A program made the position numbers and the translations under genes. 55,759 bases of DNA from an uncultured Bacilli bacterium (GTDB lineage: Bacteria; Bacillota_I; Bacilli_A; RF39; UBA660), in contig CALVJB010000004.1 in assembly GCA_944332025.1 (NCBI GenBank), forward strand, positions 1-55,759, read 5' to 3'. Shown here piece after piece: positions 28,076-38,922 of this stretch (the stretch's first letter is position 1; each line of letters starts with the position of its first letter). A model generated the notes under the pieces. It made no database searches. It was not told where the DNA came from and saw only the letters and a program-made list of their open reading frames with translations.

Positions 28076-30145
28076 TTATTCCCCTCTACTTTCTTTAGAT
28101 ACAGTTTCTTCTTCACTATTTGGATTAAATAAATCAAAGACAATCGCTTTATTAGAAACATCTAATAATTTTTCAGCATATTCATTATTTTCTGTTATAT
28201 AATTTTCATCTATTATCTCATCTTTAAGAAGTTTATATTCTCCTTTTTGACTATTATAATACATTAAATTTGTTACCCAGTTTCCATTAGGAAATACTAC
28301 AATGTTATCATCTTTTGTTTCAAATATATCATGACCTAGAGCATATTTATTATAGAAACCTAACATATTGCCAATGGTAGGCATTACATCGTACATTCCC
28401 ATAGTATAGTCAACTTGTCCAGAAACTACACCATCTTTAGTCCAAATTATAAGTGGTACTTTACGATCTAGTTCATAATCAAAACTATCATAATCTACAT
28501 ATGTAGGATCATCTTCAGTTTTTAGATCATCAGTTGCAGGATCATAATTATACATTAAATTAAATTCACTTCTTGGAAGTCTAGCATCATGATCTCCAAA
28601 AATGATTACTGCTGTATTATCTAAAAGTCCTGCTTCTTCCATTTCATTAAAGAACTCTCCTAAAGCTTCATCAGCATAGTGAACTGATTTAAAGTAATTA
28701 CCTAATTTAGTTCCTTCTAAGTAAGGAGCTTCTATCTCTTCTGTTGTACCATCTTCATTAGTTATTGTTGTTTTCATGGTAACTGCAAATTCTCCATATT
28801 TATCTGTATCAGAGAATGGGGTATGATTAGTTAATGTTATTATATAACCATAGTATTTATCATGTTCTTCACTGATTTTCTTTAACTTCTCTACTGATTG
28901 AGCAAAGAATGATTTATCAGATAAACCTAATCCTATAATATTTTCATTATCTACCTCATATGTTTCTTTACTATAGAATTTATCATAACCAAGAGACTCA
29001 TGCATAGCACGTCTATTCCAAAAGTCTCCGTTATTAGCATGCATACTAAAGGTATAATAGCCTTTATCTTTTAGTAGCGATGGAGTTGAGATATAAGTTC
29101 TATCAAAGTAACTTACAAAAGCAGTACCATTTTGAGTAGGCATTAAACTAGTATTATAAGTTAATTCTGTATCACTACTTGTTCCAACACTAACTTGAGA
29201 ATAGAAATTACTAAAGTATAACCCTTCGTTAATTAATTTATTTAAGTTAGGAGTTACTTCTACACCATTAAAGGTTCTATTTATAGCAATTCCTTGTAAA
29301 CTTTCAGCATGAATTACAATGACATTACGTCCTTCAAGAACATTTGTGTATTCATTAGTATAATTTTGCTCATCAGTCCTATCCCCATAATATTCATTAA
29401 ACTCTTTTTTAGCATCATCATAACCAAACATAGCAGATATTTGTGGTCCTATACTTGCAACAATGTCGTTACCTTGATACATGTAAATACCAAATCTCAT
29501 AACTATATATTCTCTATTCCATTGTTTAACAAATCTACTTATCTCAAGGCTTGATAATGATAAGACAAATAGAAGAAGTATAATACCTCCTGCTATGATT
29601 GTATTTTTAAACTTTTTAAATCTCTTTTCTTTAGTATATATCTTATATTGATCTTTTTTTGAAAGTCTGTGGTAGTAATATATAAAGAATATAAGAGGAA
29701 AAATATAAACTAAATCTTTTATCTGTAAAACATTTTCTACGACTGCATCTCCTACTTCTCCTATGTACTGAGTAAGTGATAACATAGATACACTTGCAAA
29801 TGATGTATAAAATGTATAATAAGCAGAGTTTATTGTACATATTGCAGTAAAAATAATTGCCCATACTAATAGATAGACATATCTTTTCTTTCCTTTAAAT
29901 AAATATGAGAAAGAACCTATAATAGTAACAACTGCTATATCTGCTACAATAGGTTTAAAAGATAAATAGTTTTCCATTGTTGGCATAGTAAAGATTCTAA
30001 GGAGTGTTGAGTTTATAACACAAATTAGGACATAGACAAGAAAAAGCTTGTTATCTTTTACATAACTGCTTATAATCTTTTCTTTTTTTATTCTTTTTAT
30101 ATTATTAATAATTTTATCTTTGAAATTACTTAATTTTTTCTTCAT
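28076..30145 (-). CDS. ltaS: LTA synthase family protein
   Basis: Five TM helices; HAESLQ, GTSSDTE, FWNR, TNHTPF and FGDH motifs. Confidence 0.85.
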   Translation of the reverse strand: MKKKLSNFKDKIINNIKRIKKEKIISSYVKDNKLFLVYVLICVINSTLLRIFTMPTMENYLSFKPIVADIAVVTIIGSFSYLFKGKKRYVYLLVWAIIFTAICTINSAYYTFYTSFASVSMLSLTQYIGEVGDAVVENVLQIKDLVYIFPLIFFIYYYHRLSKKDQYKIYTKEKRFKKFKNTIIAGGIILLLFVLSLSSLEISRFVKQWNREYIVMRFGIYMYQGNDIVASIGPQISAMFGYDDAKKEFNEYYGDRTDEQNYTNEYTNVLEGRNVIVIHAESLQGIAINRTFNGVEVTPNLNKLINEGLYFSNFYSQVSVGTSSDTELTYNTSLMPTQNGTAFVSYFDRTYISTPSLLKDKGYYTFSMHANNGDFWNRRAMHESLGYDKFYSKETYEVDNENIIGLGLSDKSFFAQSVEKLKKISEEHDKYYGYIITLTNHTPFSDTDKYGEFAVTMKTTITNEDGTTEEIEAPYLEGTKLGNYFKSVHYADEALGEFFNEMEEAGLLDNTAVIIFGDHDARLPRSEFNLMYNYDPATDDLKTEDDPTYVDYDSFDYELDRKVPLIIWTKDGVVSGQVDYTMGMYDVMPTIGNMLGFYNKYALGHDIFETKDDNIVVFPNGNWVTNLMYYNSQKGEYKLLKDEIIDENYITENNEYAEKLLDVSNKAIVFDLFNPNSEEETVSKESRGE

Positions 30146-30176
30146 AATTACCTCACTTCCTAGACATTATATCATT

Positions 30177-30758
30177 TTACTTAGTATTTTTCAATTTACT
30201 ATATCTAATATGACAAAAATGATAGATTACTTTGTAAAGTATTAGAATTATAAAGATAATCTCGCTAAATAGAACTATTACGAACATGTTATCATGTTGA
30301 TAAATATTAGCAGTGTTTGTTAATGAGGTATTATTACTAATCGCTAAGGAAATAAAGTTTGTAAATAAATATAGATGAATAAATGTTAGAGTGTAAGTAA
30401 TAATTTTATTTAATTTAGTTATATTATTTTTTATTGTAGTATATATTAATATAATTAAAGATATTATAACTGTTAAAATATAAAAGATAATATTAGGAAA
30501 ATAGAAACATCTCATTAAGGTTTTTATTATTTCGCTTAGAACAGTTACTATATCATCAAAGAAATAGAAGACTAATAAAGAGAAAAAGAATATTATAAGA
30601 GCGATTAATGCTATTTTTACTTTCTTATTTTGTCTTTTTTCATTATATAAGAAAAATACATAGAGAATAATAAAGATTAAAAGTATCTCTATTGTAAGAA
30701 AAGATTGAAATGGTAGAGTTATAAATGTTAGTAATTGTTCTATTATACTTAAATCCAT
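30177..30758 (-). CDS. Hypothetical integral membrane protein
   Basis: Several hydrophobic segments; RBS aggag. Confidence 0.7.
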   Translation of the reverse strand: MDLSIIEQLLTFITLPFQSFLTIEILLIFIILYVFFLYNEKRQNKKVKIALIALIIFFFSLLVFYFFDDIVTVLSEIIKTLMRCFYFPNIIFYILTVIISLIILIYTTIKNNITKLNKIITYTLTFIHLYLFTNFISLAISNNTSLTNTANIYQHDNMFVIVLFSEIIFIILILYKVIYHFCHIRYSKLKNTK

Positions 30759-30775
30759 ATTTATTCTCCTTTATC

Positions 30776-31426
30776 TTAAACTTCTTCAAATATATATATT
30801 GTTTGATTATAATCATCATTATGAGTACAAGTGATTAGGGTTAATGTTTTTTTAGTAGGGTCTCTATATATTGCTACTTGCCCTGTTTTAGGTTGATTAT
30901 AGACTTTTGTTAATTTATAAGTGTAGTCTTTCGCTTTATAACTAACTGTCGCTTTATCACCTAGTTCTAGTTTATATAACTTATCGAAGAAAGAAATATA
31001 AGCAGTTCCAGAATGAGCCATAAGTATAAAATTACCTTTTTCTTTATCAGGATATGATGATTCTTTAGCAATAGTAATGTTATATTCTATGTTATTATAT
31101 TTAGAATCTTTAGAAACAAAACCTCTTTTTAATTTTATTTTAGGTATTGATAACTGTCCTATATATGAATAATTTGCTTTTTTGTCATTTTCTTCTGCTA
31201 TTTGGTTATCTTGCACAGTTACTTCTAGATTTTCAGTGTTTATATTATTAATAGTTGTGTTTTCCTCATTTATATTTAATTGAAATATTGCTAAACGCAT
31301 TTCTTCAAAAACTTCATCTTTTAATTTTAATATTGGAGTACTTATAAATACTAATATTCCTATTATAAGGAAGAAAAAGCCAACTTTAAAGAGTTGGCTT
31401 TTTATATTATTTTTTCTTTTTTGCAT
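30776..31426 (-). CDS. Sortase
   Basis: N-terminal TM; IPKI, NFILMAHS and TLITC motifs. Confidence 0.88.
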   Translation of the reverse strand: MQKRKNNIKSQLFKVGFFFLIIGILVFISTPILKLKDEVFEEMRLAIFQLNINEENTTINNINTENLEVTVQDNQIAEENDKKANYSYIGQLSIPKIKLKRGFVSKDSKYNNIEYNITIAKESSYPDKEKGNFILMAHSGTAYISFFDKLYKLELGDKATVSYKAKDYTYKLTKVYNQPKTGQVAIYRDPTKKTLTLITCTHNDDYNQTIYIFEEV

Positions 31427-32960
31427 TAGTAGATTTCATAGCCACAACTATTAAGATTATACCAACTACAATGATGCCAGCACCAATTATGTAAACTATA
31501 TTAGAATCAAGACTTGTATTTGGAACATCGATTGTAGGGGTGTTTTCTATAACTACTTCTGTAGTTTCTCCTTCTGTAATTTCAAATGTTGTTGTTGTAA
31601 CTTCAGCATTGTATCCTTCTGGAATTACTGTTTCTGTAATAGTATATGTTCCTACTGGAAGAGTTAAATCCATATCATTGTTTGTTGTTTCATAACGATA
31701 TACTTCTTTACCTGTTTTATCAGTTATTGATAAAACAGCACCTGTTATTCTTGCTCCTGTTTCAGAGTTTTGTTTACTGATTATTACTCTACCTGTTGGT
31801 ATTTCAAATTCTAATGGTATTTCATCTGTTACGGTATCAGAGGTAATTAATCCTAATAAAGCTCTTTGATATTCACTTGGATTAGACTGAGCCGTATAGA
31901 AATAAGCATTATGAACTGAGAAATTACCAGAAATACTTACTTGTAAATTAATTTTATAGTCTACTACTTCACTCATAGGTATTCTTAGTTTAAACTTTTC
32001 ATTAGGACTAAATGTAGTTTGTTCTACACCATTTTCATTTAATACTGTTATATTTTCATTATTTGTTCTTACAGTATAATTAAGAAAGTTTGAACTATTA
32101 GTACTTGTAATGGTAATTGGTGAAGTTTCAATATATTCATCAGTCATAGTATAAGTAATTGTGCTAGTATCAATATCATCTAAAGTTGGAGTTGTACTAC
32201 TTGGTACATAGTTCATAGCGTTAGTAAGAACTTCTGCTATGTATGGACCATAAGTTGTATTATTAATAATTGCTGTTTTTTCTTCAACAGAAAGATTATT
32301 TATATATGGATGTGCAGCTGGACCACTATAGTCTTCATTTCTACCTGGATCAGTTGGACCTGTAGAATAGCCATTAACAATATCTAGATACCACCATACT
32401 ATAATTTGATTAATATAATATATTAGTGTTCCTTGTTCATCTGATGATACGGTATTTAAAATATTTGTAGGTAATGTATCCCCATTTTCAATTATATAGA
32501 TTAATCCTGGATATTTTACTGCTAAAGCAGGATCAATTACTGATTGATCTTTTTGATAGATTACATCGCCTTCCATTAATAATCTACGATCCATACAATA
32601 GATATTTGCAAGTCTTGTTTCAGTTCCACCATCACCATCATTATCTACCATACCATAAAATGCTCTAGGAGTTGTAACTACTGTATCCTCATAACTTATA
32701 TAATGAGCAAGAGTTCCAGGTCCTCCACTTGCATCAGCTGGTTCCATTACTGATGTAAATGTATTAGGCAATTCTTCTACTACAGCAGCATAACTTTCAT
32801 TAGGGTCAATAAATAAACTTACTATTAACAGAACTCCAATTATACTACAAGAAATAAAAGCTATTTTCTTTATATCATTCATTGCTTTATCAAATTTAGC
32901 TTCACTTTTATTAGCTTTAGTCTTTTTTACTTTAGTTCTTGAACTTATTTTAGAACTCAT
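31407..32960 (-). CDS. Sortase-anchored surface protein with a putative thioester domain and a SpaA/CnaB-type Ig domain
   Basis: IYCMD and NQIIVW (Cys-Gln pair); ISKQ...GTYTITET.IPEGY; VPNTS, TM helix and basic tail. Confidence 0.8.
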   Translation of the reverse strand: MSSKISSRTKVKKTKANKSEAKFDKAMNDIKKIAFISCSIIGVLLIVSLFIDPNESYAAVVEELPNTFTSVMEPADASGGPGTLAHYISYEDTVVTTPRAFYGMVDNDGDGGTETRLANIYCMDRRLLMEGDVIYQKDQSVIDPALAVKYPGLIYIIENGDTLPTNILNTVSSDEQGTLIYYINQIIVWWYLDIVNGYSTGPTDPGRNEDYSGPAAHPYINNLSVEEKTAIINNTTYGPYIAEVLTNAMNYVPSSTTPTLDDIDTSTITYTMTDEYIETSPITITSTNSSNFLNYTVRTNNENITVLNENGVEQTTFSPNEKFKLRIPMSEVVDYKINLQVSISGNFSVHNAYFYTAQSNPSEYQRALLGLITSDTVTDEIPLEFEIPTGRVIISKQNSETGARITGAVLSITDKTGKEVYRYETTNNDMDLTLPVGTYTITETVIPEGYNAEVTTTTFEITEGETTEVVIENTPTIDVPNTSLDSNIVYIIGAGIIVVGIILIVVAMKSTNAKKKK

Positions 32961-33007
32961 ATAATCACCTTACCTTATACCAAGTATAACAAAGAGAATT
33001 ATTTTTT

Positions 33008-34240
33008 TCAAGAGATTTCAAATATTCCGTCAAGATTAAAATTTGGATTGTCAATATTTGTATATAAACTAGCAAGAATATCTCCTTCTTTTATTTCATC
33101 TCCTATATTCTTTTTAATAACAATTCCAGCATTATAGTCAATATCATCATCTTTATTTTTACGTCCTGCTCCTAGACTTTCACTAAGTTTAGCGATTGAT
33201 AGAGCATTTATATCTTTTAAAATACCACTTTTATTAGCTTTAATATTATAAACTTTAGAATCTATAGAAAGACTATCTATATTTCCATGTTGATATTTAA
33301 CAAATTCTATAAATTTATTTAAGGCTTTACCATTTTCTAAATTTTCTTTTACTTCTTTATTTGCCTCTTCTTCACTTATTCCTTTTCCCATAGATACCAT
33401 CTTAGTAGCAAGATCTATTGATAAAGTTAAAAGTTCTCCTTTAACATTTCCTTTTAATGCTTCAAGTGCTTCTAATACTTCTAATTTATTGCCAATATTA
33501 TGTCCTAAAGGTCTATCCATATTAGATATAACGGTTCTAACTTCTTTTTGATAGTATGTTCCTATTTTAATAAGAAGACTCTCTAATCTTTTAGCTTCTT
33601 CCATTGTTTTAATTAAGGCACCGTTACCAACTTTAATATCTATAACTATTTTATCGGCACCACCTGCTATTTTTTTACTCATAATACTACTTGCTATTAA
33701 AGGAATGGAATTAGTTGTTGCAGTTACATCACGTAGAGCATAAACTTTTTTATCAAGTGGAGCAAGATCTTTAGTTTGACTTGTTATGACAATACCAATT
33801 TCTTTAGCTTGTTTTTTTATTTCTTCTTCACTAAGGTCAACAGTAAAACTAGGAATAGATTCTAATTTATCTATAGTTCCTCCTGTATAACCTAATCCTC
33901 TACCACTCATTTTAATAACGGGAACATTACAGCTTGCAACAAGAGGAGCGATTATTAGAGTAGTTTTATCTCCAACACCACCAGTTGAGTGTTTATCTAC
34001 TTTTATTTCATCTATAAAACTTAAGTCTAGGATATCTCCACTTTTAATAAAAATGTCAGTAAGAGCGAATACTTCACTATCACTCATATCATTAATACAA
34101 ATAGCCATGAGGAAAGCGCTCATTTGATAATCTTTAACCTCATTATTTAAGTAACCCATAAAGATTGTTTCTAACTCTTCTTTAGTTAGTTCATATTTGT
34201 TAGCTTTCTTATTAATTATATCTAATATCATTATCATCAC
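33008..34240 (-). CDS. pdp: Pyrimidine-nucleoside phosphorylase
   Basis: DKHSTGGVGDK, SGRGLGYTGGT and SSIMSKK motifs. Confidence 0.93.
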   Translation of the reverse strand: MMIMILDIINKKANKYELTKEELETIFMGYLNNEVKDYQMSAFLMAICINDMSDSEVFALTDIFIKSGDILDLSFIDEIKVDKHSTGGVGDKTTLIIAPLVASCNVPVIKMSGRGLGYTGGTIDKLESIPSFTVDLSEEEIKKQAKEIGIVITSQTKDLAPLDKKVYALRDVTATTNSIPLIASSIMSKKIAGGADKIVIDIKVGNGALIKTMEEAKRLESLLIKIGTYYQKEVRTVISNMDRPLGHNIGNKLEVLEALEALKGNVKGELLTLSIDLATKMVSMGKGISEEEANKEVKENLENGKALNKFIEFVKYQHGNIDSLSIDSKVYNIKANKSGILKDINALSIAKLSESLGAGRKNKDDDIDYNAGIVIKKNIGDEIKEGDILASLYTNIDNPNFNLDGIFEIS

Positions 34241-34322
34241 CTAATTTAATAATAGTTAAAAAGATCTATAATTACAAGTGACTTCACAATATTTTACATT
34301 TCCTTAGTAATAGAAAAAGAGA

Positions 34323-34679
34323 TTAGTCAACTAACCTCTTATTAATAAGCTCAAGAGCCTTTTTAGGATCATCTATTATCATTTGATGAAGAGATTCTAT
34401 TTCTCTTAGTCCTTTGATAAACTCTATTTCTTCTTCAGCCATAGTGACAACTTTCTTATTCTTACCCCTTGGCTTAACAGGTTCATCATATCCTAATAGA
34501 TAATCTACATCTACATCTAGAACCTTTCCTAATTTAGTTAATGTGTCTAGAGTTGGGACTCTTGTGCCGTTTTCATAACAACAAATACTTACTTTTGTAA
34601 CATTTACACGCTCGCCCAACTCGCGTTGCGTTAATCCATTTGAGATACGCAACTCTTTTAAACGTTTACTTAAAAGCAT
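34323..34679 (-). CDS. XRE-family HTH regulator
   Basis: RLKELR, LTQREL, YENG.RVP and VDYLLG motifs. Confidence 0.9.
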   Translation of the reverse strand: MLLSKRLKELRISNGLTQRELGERVNVTKVSICCYENGTRVPTLDTLTKLGKVLDVDVDYLLGYDEPVKPRGKNKKVVTMAEEEIEFIKGLREIESLHQMIIDDPKKALELINKRLVD

Positions 34680-34780
34680 ATTTGTCTCTCCTTAATTAAT
34701 TGTTTACTAAACTATAAATCTTTTTGATAGCAAAAGTCAACACTTATTGACAAATTATTGAAAAATAAGCTCAAAAGTGA

Positions 34781-35128
34781 CTAATTATCAGTATTTTTGA
34801 CATCGTTTTTCTTCTTGTTTGACAGAAAAGTTACTTTATCTGCAACTACTTCTAGGAAGTATCTAGAGCCTTCTTCTGTCTTAATAATGTTACTTTGTAG
34901 ACGACCTCTCACACCTACAATATCACCTACTGTGCAATATTCTTTAGTTAGTTTAGCTTTTTCTTCCCAAAGAGTACAATTAATAAAATCAGTCTCATAA
35001 ACACCATCCATATTCTTAAAAGAACGTGGGACTGCTAAAGAAAGAGTTCCTACTTTCTTACCAGATTCTGTTTCTTTAATGTCAATATCTTTAGTTAGAC
35101 GGCCTACTAAAATTAAACTATTTAACAT
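34781..35128 (-). CDS. ssb: Short single-stranded DNA-binding protein (SsbB-like, no acidic DDDLPF tail)
   Basis: LVGRLTKD, TDFINC and VGVRGRLQS motifs; 115 aa. Confidence 0.9.
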   Translation of the reverse strand: MLNSLILVGRLTKDIDIKETESGKKVGTLSLAVPRSFKNMDGVYETDFINCTLWEEKAKLTKEYCTVGDIVGVRGRLQSNIIKTEEGSRYFLEVVADKVTFLSNKKKNDVKNTDN

Positions 35129-35281
35129 GCAATTCCTCCTTTCGAGAGATAAGGTAACACAGTTTTAAGATCCATGCAAAAAGAGAAAATTGCAAATTCG
35201 AGCCAGATTTTCCCTGAATTTTGCAAATTCACCCGGGAAAAATGCAAAATTGACCCTCATTTTTGGGGTCAATTTACAAAA

Positions 35282-36592
35282 TTACAAGTTTTTTTTCAAA
35301 ATTTGATTTAGTTCAACGGCATACTCCATAGGTAGTTCTTTTCTAAACTCTTCTAGGAAACCTAAAACGATTAATTCTTCACAAGATTCTTTAGGTATTC
35401 CTTTACTTTCAAGATAAAAAATATTAGCATCATTTATCTTAGAAACAGTCGCTTCATGTTCAATGGTACTTGTGTTATTAGAGACTATATTTGTAGGTAT
35501 AGTATCACTAATACTATCTTTATCTAGTATTAAAGTGTCGCATTTTATCATAGAGTAGGAGTTAGTGGCATCTTCTTTAATTTTAACATCACCTCTATAA
35601 GTGGCATTACCTCCACTTCTAGCGATACTTTTAGATATTATTTTACTATTTGTATTCTTACCTAGATGAATCATTCTAGCACCAGTATCTTGGATTTGAT
35701 TGTTACTTGCAACAGCGATACTAATACATGTACCTGTAGAATTGTCTCCTTTTAAAATGCAACAAGGATACTTCATAGTTAGTTTACTTCCAATATTACC
35801 ATCAATCCACTCCATAATACCGTTTTCTTCTACTAAAGCTCTTTTAGTAACTAGGTTATAAACATTAAGAGCCCAGTTTTGAATAGTTGTATAACGACAT
35901 TTACTATTCTTTCCAACATAGATTTCGACAACGGCAGCATGAAGTGAAGAAGTAGCATAAGTAGGAGCGGTACATCCTTCTATATAATGAAGCTCACTAT
36001 CATCATCAACAATGATTAAAGTTCTTTCAAATTGTCCCATTCCTTTACTATTTATTCTAAAGTAGCTTTGAAGTGGTCTATCTAATTTAGTATGAGGTGG
36101 TATATAGATAAAACTTCCTCCTGAGAAAACAGAACTATTTAAGGCTGCATATAAATTATCAGTATTTTTAACTATCTTACCAAAATACTTTTTTACAAGA
36201 AGAGGATATTCTTTAATAGCATTATCAATGGATGTAAAGATTACTTTTTTATCTGTAAGTTCTTTAAGCATATTATGATATATTACTTCACTTTCATATT
36301 GAACCCCCATACCAGCCATATATTGTTCGCTTTCAAGTACACCTAATTTATCTAATTCACTTTTAATTGGCTTCATAACTTTAGACCAGTCATCAGTTAA
36401 TTCATCAGTTGCACTCTTATAATAGATAATATCATCAAAGTTAAGTTTAAACTCAGGTCCAAAAGGTAATGTTTTATTCATCTTTTCAAAGTATTCATAT
36501 GATTTTATTCGATAATCTTTTACCCAAGTATCTTCTTTTTTATGAGTTGATATCTTTATTATATTATCTTTAGTTAGTCCTTTAATCTCCAC
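35282..36592 (-). CDS. sufB: Fe-S cluster assembly protein SufB
   Basis: GQFERTLII, EGCTAP, SLHAAVVE and ELPMEYAVE motifs. Confidence 0.96.
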   Translation of the reverse strand: MEIKGLTKDNIIKISTHKKEDTWVKDYRIKSYEYFEKMNKTLPFGPEFKLNFDDIIYYKSATDELTDDWSKVMKPIKSELDKLGVLESEQYMAGMGVQYESEVIYHNMLKELTDKKVIFTSIDNAIKEYPLLVKKYFGKIVKNTDNLYAALNSSVFSGGSFIYIPPHTKLDRPLQSYFRINSKGMGQFERTLIIVDDDSELHYIEGCTAPTYATSSLHAAVVEIYVGKNSKCRYTTIQNWALNVYNLVTKRALVEENGIMEWIDGNIGSKLTMKYPCCILKGDNSTGTCISIAVASNNQIQDTGARMIHLGKNTNSKIISKSIARSGGNATYRGDVKIKEDATNSYSMIKCDTLILDKDSISDTIPTNIVSNNTSTIEHEATVSKINDANIFYLESKGIPKESCEELIVLGFLEEFRKELPMEYAVELNQILKKNL

Positions 36593-37013
36593 TTTCTACC
36601 TCCTTTAGAATCTTTTTAATTGTATCGACAGGAAGTAAAGCACAGTGTTTTCTATTAGGTTGCATATAGATAGTATCATAGGCCATAAGTTCACCTAATT
36701 TTTCTTCATCATAGTCTTTTTCATCTATTAAATGTTCATAGTTTTCTATTAAATCTTTAACATCACTAACACTCTTTCCTATTATCTTTCTTAAGAAAAT
36801 AGAGGTAGCAGAAGTTGAGATAGCACAAGCTTCTCCATCAAAGTTAGCATCTACTACCTTACCATCTTCTATTTTTAGTTCAATATCGATATTATCAATA
36901 CAAGATTCATTATTAGTATTCGCTTTTTTATATCCAGCTTCTCCTTTTAATCCTTTATGATAAGGATTATTATAATTATCTAATATTACTTCTCTTTTTA
37001 ATTCTCTATCCAT
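36582..37013 (-). CDS. sufU: SUF scaffold/sulfur-transfer protein
   Basis: NESCID, GEACAIS and RKHCALL motifs. Confidence 0.93.
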   Translation of the reverse strand: MDRELKREVILDNYNNPYHKGLKGEAGYKKANTNNESCIDNIDIELKIEDGKVVDANFDGEACAISTSATSIFLRKIIGKSVSDVKDLIENYEHLIDEKDYDEEKLGELMAYDTIYMQPNRKHCALLPVDTIKKILKEVESGD

Positions 37014-37024
37014 AAATACTCCTC

Positions 37025-38230
37025 CTATAGTATTACTTTAAATAAATCATCAGACTTTTCTAATGCTTCAACAAGTTTATCTATTTCCTCTTTAGTATTA
37101 TAAAAGTATAAACTAATTCTACAAGTATTTTTAATATTTATTTCATCTTTTAAAATTTTGGCACAGTGATTACCTGCTCTTACACAGATGTTATAGTGAT
37201 CTAAGTAGATAGCAGTATCTTGACTAAATATTCCTTCTAGATTGAATGCTAGGATACCACTATCACTATTTTTATTATATAAAATTACTTTAGTATTACT
37301 TTCTAGTTTAGAAACAAGATATTTCTTTAGTTCCTTTTCATATTCATAAATTTTATTCATACCAATACTTTGTAAGTAATCAATTGCAGCGCCTAGTCCT
37401 ATTACTTCGGCGATAGGAGGAGTTCCTGCTTCAAATCTTGTAGGAATGCTTTTATATTCAACTTCTCCTGTTACTTCAAAGTATTGATTCATGCCACCAC
37501 CATACTCTATAGGCTTCATCTTTTCTAAATATTCTTCTTTAGCATAAAGTACCCCTACTCCTGTTGGTCCTAACATCTTATGACCTGAGAATGTTAAAAA
37601 GTCAATATCATCTTTAATAACATCTGTTTTCATATGAGGAACACTTTGGGCACCGTCTACTACTAATATTATGTTATGTTTATGAGCGATTTTACTTATT
37701 TCATTAATATCTCTTACATCTCCTACTACATTAGTAATACTTGCAATAGAGATTACTTTTGTCTTTTCTGTTATCGAAGTAATTAATGCTTCTAGAGTTA
37801 GTTCATGATTATCATTTAGAGGAATATAACTTATCTTTATATTTTTTATTTTAGATAGTTCTAACCAAGGTAAGACGTTTGAGGCATGTTCACTTTTAGT
37901 AAGTAGGACTTCATCTCCTTCATTTAAATAATCTTTCATAAAACCAAAGACTATCTTATTAAGAGAATCTGTTGCCCCACTAGTAAAAACTATCTCTTTA
38001 CTACTTTTAGCATTTATAAAGTCTTTTACTTTATCTCTAACCTTCTCATATTCTTCACTTGCTTTTAAAGATATTTTATAATCTCCTCTATGAATATTCG
38101 CTCCATAGTTATAGTAATAATCATTCATCGCTTCAACTACACATTTTGGTTTTAGAGTAGTCGCTCCATTATCAAAATATATTATGTTATTGTTTAAAAT
38201 AGGAAAATCTTCACGATTAATAATAATCAC
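37025..38230 (-). CDS. sufS: Cysteine desulfurase
   Basis: DNGATT, SGHKMLGPTG, FEAGT and RAGNHCA motifs. Confidence 0.95.
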   Translation of the reverse strand: MIIINREDFPILNNNIIYFDNGATTLKPKCVVEAMNDYYYNYGANIHRGDYKISLKASEEYEKVRDKVKDFINAKSSKEIVFTSGATDSLNKIVFGFMKDYLNEGDEVLLTKSEHASNVLPWLELSKIKNIKISYIPLNDNHELTLEALITSITEKTKVISIASITNVVGDVRDINEISKIAHKHNIILVVDGAQSVPHMKTDVIKDDIDFLTFSGHKMLGPTGVGVLYAKEEYLEKMKPIEYGGGMNQYFEVTGEVEYKSIPTRFEAGTPPIAEVIGLGAAIDYLQSIGMNKIYEYEKELKKYLVSKLESNTKVILYNKNSDSGILAFNLEGIFSQDTAIYLDHYNICVRAGNHCAKILKDEINIKNTCRISLYFYNTKEEIDKLVEALEKSDDLFKVIL

Positions 38231-38244
38231 CTCCCTTGTGTACT

Positions 38245-38922
38245 TTACTTTCTTCCAAAAATATCTGGTGTACCACCAATAAATTCTATTTTTCCATCAT
38301 TATATACAACAGCTTGACTATCTTTTATGGCATATACTTTGAACTCATTATCTTCTAAAACTCTTTCAAAAAAGTCTTTAGTCCACTTTTTACGGTCTTC
38401 TCTCATGTAATGGGGAATTATATTGAAATCTACTAAGTTGAGTTCTTCATGAGTTTTAGCAAGTTCTTTATCTTGTGGATAACGTTCTTCCCAAAACTTC
38501 TTACTTGTAATTTTCTTGCCAAGAACAATTGAACCTGCTGATGTCCCCATTATAACTTTTGTATTACTTATATTCTTAATTATATCTATAGTATCAGTTT
38601 CTCTAAAAAGCTTTTCTAATAAATGTTGTTTGCCTCCAACTATATAAATTAAATCTGCCATGTTTAGACGTTTATTTATCTCTTCTTTGGTGTATGCTCT
38701 AAAGTTAATAAAATCTATAATACCACCAATATATTTTTCAATGTTAGATAATTCTTTTATTAACCATCTTTTATCTTTTGTACCATCAAGTCCTACATAG
38801 GCTTCATTAATTATAGCAATGTTTATTTCTTTTAGAGGCTTTCCTACTAATTTTTCTACTTCTTTAGCAATTTCGTCAGTAGTAAATCCTTGCGATGCTA
38901 AAACTAATTTCAATGTAATCAC
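38245..38922 (-). CDS. Peptidase E (S51) family protein
   Basis: IYIVGG, GTSAGS nucleophile and IIPHY motifs. Confidence 0.85.
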   Translation of the reverse strand: MITLKLVLASQGFTTDEIAKEVEKLVGKPLKEINIAIINEAYVGLDGTKDKRWLIKELSNIEKYIGGIIDFINFRAYTKEEINKRLNMADLIYIVGGKQHLLEKLFRETDTIDIIKNISNTKVIMGTSAGSIVLGKKITSKKFWEERYPQDKELAKTHEELNLVDFNIIPHYMREDRKKWTKDFFERVLEDNEFKVYAIKDSQAVVYNDGKIEFIGGTPDIFGRK

